The translations under genes and the position numbers were made by a program. The notes below the pieces were generated by a model. That model worked only from the letters and a program-made list of their open reading frames with translations. It did not search any database and was not told where the DNA came from. Shown here one piece after another: positions 1-6,386 of a DNA stretch of 9,726 nt. Within the stretch, counting starts at the first letter, position 1, and every line of letters begins with the position of its first letter. Location of the stretch: NCBI GenBank assembly GCA_964468895.1, contig CAYXWT010000020.1, positions 1-9,726 on the forward strand, written 5' to 3'. This stretch comes from an uncultured archaeon (GTDB lineage: Archaea > Iainarchaeota > Iainarchaeia > Iainarchaeales > CSSED10-239).

Positions 1-1238
1 ATTTTATCTCCTATTTTTGGAAATTTATTATTTTCATTTAATTTTAAAGCAATTATTTCTCCTTGTTTAGCAGATGTGATTTTATTATTAATGTCTAATT
101 GTAAACTTTCTACTTTTTGTTCTATTACTCCTGTTTTAGGACCTATAATTAATATGTTATCATTGAGATATATTGGATGTCCATGTATTTTTATTTCCGC
201 AACATTTATTTTTTTAAATAGTTTAATTATTTTTCCAATATATGTTTTTTGTCTAGTAGCTTTAGAACCATATTGGTTTGTCCATTCATTTATTGGTTTA
301 CCTAAATAAAAACCACTACTAAAATCTCTATTATATACTTTTTTAACTTGTTTTATAAGTTGTTCTTTAATTTCATCTGTTAATTTATTTTTATTGTATA
401 AATCTATTGCTTTTCTGTAAGCACTTACTACTTCTTTAATATATTCAGGACTTCTTCCTCTTCCTTCTATTTTTAAAACATCAACTTTACTATCTAATAT
501 TTTTTCTATAAATGGAATTGTACAAAGATCTTTTGGACTTAAAATATAATTATTATGAACTTCTAGTTCTTTATTAGTTTCAGGATCTTTAATAATATAT
601 TTTCTTCTACAAGGTTGAATACATTTACCTCTATTAGCTGAAGTAGAATCACCATATAAAAATTGAGACATAAAACATCTTCCACTAAGAGCTACACACA
701 TAGCTCCATGAACAAATATTTCTATTTCTATGTCTTTATCAATATGTTTACATTCTTTTTTTATTTCGTTTATATCTTCTAAGCTACATTCTCTAGCTAA
801 GATAAATCTTTTAATTCCAAGTTTATAATATTCTTTTATAGCTTCTATATTACTAACACTAGCTTGAGTACTTAGATGTATAGTTAAATTAAGTTCTCTA
901 CATAATTTAATTACACCTAAATCCCAACAAATAATTGCATCTATTTCTATTTTTTTTGCTTCAATTAGTATTTTTTTTATTTTTTTTATTTCATTATTAA
1001 AACAAATTATATTTACTGTTAAATATACTTCAACATTTTTACTATGTGCATAATCTACTATTTTTTTAAGTTCATTAATTTCAAAGTTTTTAGCTCGTTC
1101 TCTCATGTTTATACCTTTTATTCCAAGGTATACAGCATTACAACCATTATCAATTGCAGTGATTAACATTTCTTTATTTCCAACAGGAGCTAAAAGTATT
1201 TGTTTTCTGTTTTTATTAAAATTATTTTTTTTAATCAT
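1..1238 (-). CDS. U32-family protein (collagenase-like 'peptidase U32'; Fe-S cluster type). 3' end truncated by the window edge
   Basis: Not in the supplied ORF track because it runs off the left edge. My translation of the minus strand from the ATG at 1238-1236 gives an uninterrupted 412-codon frame: MIKKNNFNKNRKQILLAPVGNKEMLITAIDNGCNAVYLG...EIFVHGAMCVALSGRCFMS...GKCIQPCRRKY...LKIEGRGRSPEY...IGKIIKLFKKINVAEIKIHG... The stretch EIFVHGAMCVALSGRCFMS fits the PROSITE U32 signature E-x-F-x2-G-[SA]-[LIVM]-C-x4-G-x-C-x-[LIVM]-S. A U32 C-terminal barrel-like region follows. Confidence 0.9.
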   Translation of the reverse strand, partial: MIKKNNFNKNRKQILLAPVGNKEMLITAIDNGCNAVYLGIKGINMRERAKNFEINELKKIVDYAHSKNVEVYLTVNIICFNNEIKKIKKILIEAKKIEIDAIICWDLGVIKLCRELNLTIHLSTQASVSNIEAIKEYYKLGIKRFILARECSLEDINEIKKECKHIDKDIEIEIFVHGAMCVALSGRCFMSQFLYGDSTSANRGKCIQPCRRKYIIKDPETNKELEVHNNYILSPKDLCTIPFIEKILDSKVDVLKIEGRGRSPEYIKEVVSAYRKAIDLYNKNKLTDEIKEQLIKQVKKVYNRDFSSGFYLGKPINEWTNQYGSKATRQKTYIGKIIKLFKKINVAEIKIHGHPIYLNDNILIIGPKTGVIEQKVESLQLDINNKITSAKQGEIIALKLNENNKFPKIGDK

Positions 1239-1392
1239 AAATACTCAAATTTACTTCTAAATATATTTATTATTAATATTTAATTAACAAATACATTATA
1301 AATATATGATTTTAAAAGTATTTTTCTAAAGAGAATAAGTGTAGTAATTTTATTATAATAAAGGAATATAAATAAATTAAAAATAGAAAATA

Positions 1393-1779
1393 TTAATCTT
1401 TAAATTTTTTTACTAAATTAATATTTCCTTTCATATCCCATGCTCCTAATCCAACAGTATCTAATGCAGTAATTATTTTATGGTTAGGAAATATCTTTTT
1501 AAGATTATAGACCCCAGCTTGACAAGCTAAAACAATATTTACATTTCCATGTAATTGATCTTTTTTTAGTTGATCAAAATCACATGCCATTCCAATTAAA
1601 TCTGTATCAACAACTATATATCCATCTTTTTTTAATCTTTCTGCTAATTCTTTCATTTTTTTTAAACCACCTGTTTCGCACATTCTTGCACAAGAATTAC
1701 AAGATACAATTCCAATTTTATCTTTTTTATCTAATTGTGCCTTAATTAAACCATATGGTTTAAATTCTGTAATAATCAT
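1393..1779 (-). CDS. Small (128 aa) soluble Cys-motif protein of unknown function, possibly metal or Fe-S binding
   Basis: ORF-track protein MIITEFKPYG...IGIVSCNSCARMCETGG...IGMACDF...IVLACQAG... It has alternating strand/helix-like segments, a C-x2-C-x3-C motif and two further Cys at predicted strand ends. A weak GTGA RBS-like element lies upstream. The layout loosely recalls small MetV / MTHFR-C-terminal-like Cys proteins, but I cannot verify that from memory. Confidence 0.7.
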   Translation of the reverse strand: MIITEFKPYGLIKAQLDKKDKIGIVSCNSCARMCETGGLKKMKELAERLKKDGYIVVDTDLIGMACDFDQLKKDQLHGNVNIVLACQAGVYNLKKIFPNHKIITALDTVGLGAWDMKGNINLVKKFKD

Positions 1780-1874
1780 ATATATTTCACTTTTTTTAAT
1801 ATTTTATAATCATTTTAATAATAATTATAATTATATATATACTTTTAAGAATCTATTTAAAAGGACATTGTTCT

Positions 1875-1905
1875 AAATTAAATTTATTTTAAAATAATTT
1901 AATTT
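1875..1905. repeat. 31-nt near-perfect A/T-only palindrome
   Basis: AAATTAAATTTATTTT | AAAATAATTTAATTT. The reverse complement of the right half equals the left half apart from one extra T. It lies in the divergent promoter region, 4 nt upstream of motif copy 1. Confidence 0.5.
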
Positions 1906-1909
1906 TTAG

Positions 1910-1919
1910 AAAAACAGTT
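1910..1919 (+). repeat. AAAAACAGTT motif, copy 1 (extends to the palindrome AAAAACAGTTTTT)
   Basis: Exact 10-mer, 29 nt upstream of the methyltransferase ATG in the divergent intergenic region. Confidence 0.5.
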
Positions 1920-1947
1920 TTTATTCTTTTGTTAATATAATTATAGT

Positions 1948-2715
1948 ATGAAAGAAGTACAAGATTTTTATAATAAATATCAATATCCTAAATCTAAACA
2001 ATATACTAATAAACAAATTAAAAAAAACAAAAAAATATTATTAAATATACTTAAAATTGGGAATCTTGATTTAGAAAAAATAAAAAATAAAAGAATATTA
2101 ATTGCTGGTTGTGGAACTGGAGAAAAATCTATATTATTATCTAAATATAAAGCAAAAGTAAGTGCTATTGATTTTAGTAGTGGACAACTAAATGAAGCTA
2201 AAAATAGAGCTAAAAAACAGAATGTAGAAATAAAGTTTTATAAAAAAGATATTTTAAAAGATAATTTAGAAGATTTAGGTAAATTTGATATTATTCTTAG
2301 TTTAGGTGTTTTGCATCATACAAATAATGCTAAACTTGGTTTTAGTAAAATTTGTAAATTACTTAATAAAAATGGAATTATAATTATTGGCTTATATCAT
2401 AAATATGCTAGAATTAGATTTAGAATATTAAGATTTGTTTTTAGAAATTTTGTATCAAATGAACCAGATAAATTAATTAATTGGATTCTACATAAACAAA
2501 AACTTTCTAAAAATCTTAAAAAAGCACCAATTAGTACTTTATATGATAGATATGCTATTCCTTTTGAATCATATTATACTGTTAAAGAAGTAAAAAAATG
2601 GTTTAAAGGAAATAATATTCTTTTTACGAAAAATAGTAAAAACGTAAATGGAATTGAATTTTTAAAAATCTTTGAGAAAAAAACTATTTTTTTTATTAGT
2701 GGTATAAAAAAATAA
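1948..2715 (+). CDS. Class I SAM-dependent methyltransferase (Methyltransf_11/25-like)
   Basis: Motif I ILIAGCGTGEKS, followed by acidic post-I VSAIDFS and motif-IV-like FDIILSLGVLHH. The N-terminal FYNKYQYP is typical of this fold family. The substrate cannot be inferred. Confidence 0.88.
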   Translation: MKEVQDFYNKYQYPKSKQYTNKQIKKNKKILLNILKIGNLDLEKIKNKRILIAGCGTGEKSILLSKYKAKVSAIDFSSGQLNEAKNRAKKQNVEIKFYKKDILKDNLEDLGKFDIILSLGVLHHTNNAKLGFSKICKLLNKNGIIIIGLYHKYARIRFRILRFVFRNFVSNEPDKLINWILHKQKLSKNLKKAPISTLYDRYAIPFESYYTVKEVKKWFKGNNILFTKNSKNVNGIEFLKIFEKKTIFFISGIKK

Positions 2716-2723
2716 AAACAGTT
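2714..2723 (+). repeat. AAAAACAGTT motif, copy 2
   Basis: Exact 10-mer spanning the 7-nt gap between convergent stop codons (2713-2715 and 2723-2725). Confidence 0.5.
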
Positions 2724-3343
2724 TATTTTTTCAGAGACTTTGATTTAATATTTTTAATTATCTTCTTTGGTTTTTTAATTTTAATATTAATTTTAGGACT
2801 TGGATCAGACCAGGCAATAATACCTAAAATTATCATATCAGCAATTAGAGTTAAAAATATTAAAAAGGGTATTACAAATCCTATTTTTACTAATGCTAAT
2901 TCTGAACTATATCCTCTTTTTTTGAAAATTGTCCAACAACAGATAATATCAAATACTATTATTCCTAATATTGCTAAAAATGATATAAATATTCCTATAA
3001 AAGGTATAAAAATAAAAACAAATGGTGCTATTATTATAAAACCATATTTCCAATCATAATCTGAAAGTATTGGTTTTAAGAAAAAATTTGCAAATGGTAT
3101 CCAAGCAATCCAAGATTTATCATAATTTAATTTTTTAGCAATAGTTGACCAAGTAAGGGCATAATAAATATATACTAATAATGCTAAAATCATAGTACCT
3201 ATTAAAATAATAAAAAACACAATACTTAAACCAGTTGCTAACCATGAAAATAAACCTACAAATACATTTGGATTTATAGTTTCAAACATATTTTTTAAAA
3301 TATTTAAAGAATTATTATTTATTATTTCATTTAATATAAACAT
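2723..3343 (-). CDS. Polytopic membrane protein, DUF5684-like motif, paralog 2 of a tandem pair (basic C-terminal tail)
   Basis: 206 aa with several long hydrophobic segments. Motifs TIAKKLNYDKSWIAWIPFANFFLKPIL and FKKRGYSSELALVKIGFVIPF resemble the K-x-G-x3-W-x-A-x-IP-x2-N pattern I associate with Pfam DUF5684. The tail is PKINIKIKKPKKIIKNIKSKSLKK. Confidence 0.8.
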   Translation of the reverse strand: MFILNEIINNNSLNILKNMFETINPNVFVGLFSWLATGLSIVFFIILIGTMILALLVYIYYALTWSTIAKKLNYDKSWIAWIPFANFFLKPILSDYDWKYGFIIIAPFVFIFIPFIGIFISFLAILGIIVFDIICCWTIFKKRGYSSELALVKIGFVIPFLIFLTLIADMIILGIIAWSDPSPKINIKIKKPKKIIKNIKSKSLKK

Positions 3344-3378
3344 ATTTATCTTTCTTTTTAATTTTTAAAACTTACAAT

Positions 3379-3990
3379 CTAATAGTTTTTATTAATATCA
3401 TTTTTTATTTTTTTTCTAAGTTCTAAATCAACTTCATCTAAAGATTTTTGCTTTTTATTACTGTTATCTTTTTCATCTTTGTCTTTCCAGGCAACTTTAG
3501 AAATAATAACTAAATCTACAATAAAACCAAAAAAACTAGTAAAAGGTATTATTATTGCAATTTTTAATAATGCTAATTCACTAGCATAATTTCTTCTTTT
3601 GTATATTTTACCAGTCCAAATTATATCTAATACAATAATAGTTATAATTACTATTAAATAGAAAATTAGAAAAATTAAATTTTCGAAAAAATTAGAAAAA
3701 GAGCAATGAATTATGATTGGTATTAATATTATAAAACCCCACAACCAATTTTTTTTAGCTAAAATAGGTTTTAAGAAAAAATTAACAATAGGTATCCAAG
3801 CAATCCAATAATATTTATAATTTAATTTTTTAGCAATAATTGCCCATGATAAAGAATAATAAATATAACAAATTATAACTAAAATAATTACTACAATTAA
3901 TATTAAAAATTTAAATATATTTATTGAACTATTAAAAATATTTAAATATTTTAATATATTTAGATTTAATAAATTATTTAGAATAAACAT
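3379..3990 (-). CDS. Polytopic membrane protein, DUF5684-like motif, paralog 1 of a tandem pair (mixed/acidic C-terminal tail)
   Basis: 203 aa. It starts with the same MFILN and shares the core IIAKKLNYKYYWIAWIPIVNFFLKPIL and YKRRNYASELALLKIAIIIPF with the downstream gene. The tail is KDKDEKDNSNKKQKSLDEVDLELRKKIKNDINKNY. It uses a TAG stop. Confidence 0.8.
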   Translation of the reverse strand: MFILNNLLNLNILKYLNIFNSSINIFKFLILIVVIILVIICYIYYSLSWAIIAKKLNYKYYWIAWIPIVNFFLKPILAKKNWLWGFIILIPIIIHCSFSNFFENLIFLIFYLIVIITIIVLDIIWTGKIYKRRNYASELALLKIAIIIPFTSFFGFIVDLVIISKVAWKDKDEKDNSNKKQKSLDEVDLELRKKIKNDINKNY

Positions 3991-4116
3991 ATTTTATATC
4001 AACAATTTCTTTTCTATTATAAATATTGAATTTACCAAAATATATATAAATCCGTTCATAAATATGTTTTATATATATATATTACTAATTATTAACATAT
4101 TAAAAAAAGGCAAATT

Positions 4117-5058
4117 ATGATTGAAATATTAGAACCAACTAAAAAAGAATTAAAAGTACTTGCAAATTTTAAAGAATGTTCTTGGATTAATATTGAAAAT
4201 CCTACTGAAAAAGAAATTAAATCTATTTCTAATTTGTTAAAAGTAAAGTCAGAAGATTATAGTGATTTTAGAGAAGATGTTTTATCTTTAGAAGATATGG
4301 AAGAAATTCCAATGATTGATAAATTAGATGACATCACTTTTATTATTACTAGAACTCCTCAAAAAAGAAAATCTAATAATATTAAATATTATACAGTTCC
4401 ATTAGGTATTTTAATAACTAAAAAATATATTATCACAATTTCTTTTGTAAGAAATCAAATTGTAGAAGAATTAAAAACAAAATGTACATTTAATTTTAAA
4501 ATAATTTTATTAACATTAAAATTAATGCTTATTTCTTCCAGAGTTTATTTAAGATATTTAAAAGAAATTGATAAAAAAATAAATTCTATAGAAACAAAAT
4601 TAGAAAAAGCACAAAAAAATAAAGAAATAATGCAATTATTAGATTTAAAAAAATCATTAGTATACTTTAATACTTCTTTGAAAAATGATGAAATACTAAT
4701 AGAAAGAATGTCTAAAACTAAATTATTTACTGCTACTGAAGATTATAAAGACTTAATTGAAGATGTAATTGATGAAAATAAACAAGCTATAGAGATGACA
4801 AGTATATATTCAAATATTATTAAAGATACTTTAGATGTGTTTTCTTCTATAATATCTAATAATTTAAATGCAGTTATGAAGTTTTTAACTTCTGTCACTA
4901 TTATTATTGCACTTCCTACACTTATTGCTAGTATTTATGGTATGAATGTTACTCTTCCATTTCAAAATCATATATTTGCATTTTCAATAGTTATTTTAAT
5001 TAGTGTTACTTTTTCTTTAATAGGTGTTTTAATACTTAAAAAATGGAAATTATTTTAA
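4117..5058 (+). CDS. corA: CorA-family Mg2+/Co2+ transport protein
   Basis: 313 aa with a soluble N-terminal domain and a long coiled helix region. Two C-terminal TM helices flank the signature YGMNV (GMN motif) in ASIYGMNVTLPF. Confidence 0.9.
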   Translation: MIEILEPTKKELKVLANFKECSWINIENPTEKEIKSISNLLKVKSEDYSDFREDVLSLEDMEEIPMIDKLDDITFIITRTPQKRKSNNIKYYTVPLGILITKKYIITISFVRNQIVEELKTKCTFNFKIILLTLKLMLISSRVYLRYLKEIDKKINSIETKLEKAQKNKEIMQLLDLKKSLVYFNTSLKNDEILIERMSKTKLFTATEDYKDLIEDVIDENKQAIEMTSIYSNIIKDTLDVFSSIISNNLNAVMKFLTSVTIIIALPTLIASIYGMNVTLPFQNHIFAFSIVILISVTFSLIGVLILKKWKLF

Positions 5059-5066
5059 ATAATAAT

Positions 5067-5336
5067 TTAAAAATAAAAGCAGTCTATTGGACAAGTTAAT
5101 AGGTTTTCTCCAATATAATGTTGACAAATATTATTACCACAATGATTATAATTTGAAAAATTCATTCTTCTAAAGTTTCCATATAAATTATTATTAGAAT
5201 TATTGTTACTACTAATAATTTCTATGTTATTGAAATTATTTTCTAAGTTTATTAAATCTGTACTATATATGTTTTGAAATATTAGTACCAAAACCATAGT
5301 TATTACTAAAAAGACGGCTCTATTCTTTAAATACAT
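5067..5336 (-). CDS. Small secreted protein: signal peptide, Asn-rich linker, C-terminal 4-Cys module
   Basis: 89 aa. The N-terminus MYLKNRAVFLVITMVLVLIFQNIYS looks like a Sec signal peptide. It is followed by low complexity (SSNNNSNNN) and then HCGNNICQHYIGENLLTCPIDCFYF. A strong GGAGGGGA Shine-Dalgarno lies 7 nt upstream of the ATG. Confidence 0.65.
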   Translation of the reverse strand: MYLKNRAVFLVITMVLVLIFQNIYSTDLINLENNFNNIEIISSNNNSNNNLYGNFRRMNFSNYNHCGNNICQHYIGENLLTCPIDCFYF

Positions 5337-5340
5337 AAAT

Positions 5341-5348
5341 TCCCCTCC
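5341..5348 (-). promoter_or_regulatory. Shine-Dalgarno site (GGAGGGGA) for the 89-aa secreted protein
   Basis: The plus strand reads tcccctcc. On the minus strand this is GGAGGGGA, with the GGAGG core 7 nt before the ATG at 5336. It is the strongest RBS match in the window. Confidence 0.65.
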
Positions 5349-5668
5349 AAAAATTAAGCTTATAGTTGATGTTATAATTTATTTGTTATATAAAATATTT
5401 ACTTTTCTTTAAAAAAATTAAAATCTAAAATTGATGATATCATTTTTAAAAAATAGATTGTTATAATAAGACTTTATATTAACATCTTATTATATAAAAT
5501 TATACTTAAAAATATAAAGTTTGATTAGTATTTGACTTTATAAACAATACCCTTAACTAACCTAATTAAATTATCATTGAACTTTAGTAAACATATATTT
5601 AAATTAACTTAAGAATTAGGATATATAATTATTATATATTTAAAGTAATTTAATAATTAAAAAAATAA

Positions 5669-5675
5669 AAGAGGT
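5669..5675 (+). promoter_or_regulatory. Shine-Dalgarno site (AAGAGGT) for the TM-helix-repeat protein
   Basis: aagaggt ends 7 nt upstream of the ATG at 5683. Confidence 0.6.
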
Positions 5676-5682
5676 TGATTAT

Positions 5683-6354
5683 ATGACTAATGCTTTAGTT
5701 GAAATGGGTAATGCAACTATTAATCCTTTTGTTCATATTTGGAATAATTTAATACAATATTTACCAGGATTAATTGGTGCAATAATTGTTTCTTTAATAG
5801 GTTATTTAATAGCATATATTATAGGTAATATAGTAAAACATGCGTTAGATAAAGCAAAATTAGATTCTTGGGTTTGTAAAAGAGGATATAGTAGATCTTT
5901 ATTAAATATCAAACTATCTGTTCTTATTGGACAACTAGTTAAATGGGGTGTATTTATTGCTTTTTTAGCTCCTGCTGCAAATTTAATTAAATTAACTATT
6001 TTATCAAATTTAATTACAACATTTGCTTTATGGATACCTAATTTAATACTTGCAATAATAGTTGTTGTTATTGGAATTATTTTAGGAAGAACTGTTTCAA
6101 AATCTATACATAGTAAAGATCATAAAGGTTCTAAGTTAGTTGCAGATATTTTAGAAATAGTAATAGTAATTGCTTTCTTAGATATTGCATTAAATCAAAT
6201 TGGAATTGCAATTGTTTTTGTTGAACAAGTTATTTTGGTGATAATTGGTGCAATATTAATAACCTGTGCAATTGTTGTAGGAATTGGATTTGGAAATTCT
6301 ATTAGAAAACATGCAGATTCTATTGTTACAAAATATATAGATAAAAAGAAATAA
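5683..6354 (+). CDS. TM-helix-repeat membrane protein (resembles the N-terminal module of MscS-type mechanosensitive channels)
   Basis: 223 aa with internally repeated units of the type LPGLIGAIIVSLIGYLIAYIIGNIVKHAL and IPNLILAIIVVVIGIILGRTVSKSI. These resemble the Pfam 'conserved TM helix' repeat (PF05552). No MscS beta-domain is present. Confidence 0.78.
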   Translation: MTNALVEMGNATINPFVHIWNNLIQYLPGLIGAIIVSLIGYLIAYIIGNIVKHALDKAKLDSWVCKRGYSRSLLNIKLSVLIGQLVKWGVFIAFLAPAANLIKLTILSNLITTFALWIPNLILAIIVVVIGIILGRTVSKSIHSKDHKGSKLVADILEIVIVIAFLDIALNQIGIAIVFVEQVILVIIGAILITCAIVVGIGFGNSIRKHADSIVTKYIDKKK

Positions 6355-6359
6355 TAATT

Positions 6360-6369
6360 AAAAACAGTT
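6360..6369 (+). repeat. AAAAACAGTT motif, copy 3
   Basis: Exact 10-mer 6 nt after the stop of the 223-aa gene, between convergent genes. Confidence 0.5.
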
Positions 6370-6386
6370 ATTTCTTTTCTTTTTCT
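6360..6386 (+). terminator. Oligo-T-rich tract after the 223-aa gene (archaeal-type terminator candidate)
   Basis: aaaaacagttatttcttttctttttcttt begins 6 nt after the stop codon. It has several T3-T5 runs and lies between convergent genes. Confidence 0.35.

Larger units (their letters stand above)
2723..3990 (-). repeat. Tandem gene duplication (two paralogous membrane-protein genes, 35-nt spacer)
   Basis: By hand alignment, 33 of 50 residues are identical across the conserved core. At DNA level, identical blocks ggttttaagaaaaaatt (3072-3088 and 3767-3783) and ggtatccaagcaatccaa (3096-3113 and 3791-3808) sit at a constant 695-nt offset. Confidence 0.85.

Noticed and set aside
76-309. 77-aa plus-strand ORF from the supplied track
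   Set aside because: It lies entirely antisense to the well-supported U32-family gene. The product is hydrophobic and low-complexity with no motif or RBS. It is most likely a chance open frame in AT-rich DNA.
1239-1392. Possible small gene or RNA in the 154-nt gap between the 128-aa gene and the U32 gene
   Set aside because: There is no open frame of useful length on either strand, no G/C-containing stems and only short (6-bp) A/T dyads. It is most likely just promoter or spacer DNA for the U32 gene.
2723-3990. The duplicated genes as a mobile element or insertion
   Set aside because: There is no transposase or integrase, no terminal inverted repeats and no target-site duplication around the pair. 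The pattern is ordinary tandem gene duplication.
3991-4116. Possible Mg2+-sensing leader or riboswitch upstream of corA, including the (TA)n run near 4066-4083
   Set aside because: The intergenic region is only 126 nt, is shared with a divergent gene, and is almost entirely A/T. It has no G/C-containing helices of the kind an M-box or similar structured RNA needs. The TA run is more simply promoter or TATA-like composition.
5190-5215. Asn-codon-rich low-complexity stretch (aat/aac repeats) as a possible DNA repeat or array
   Set aside because: It is in frame inside the 89-aa ORF (SSNNNSNNN) and has no unit/spacer periodicity. It reflects compositional bias and is not a CRISPR array or a tandem repeat.
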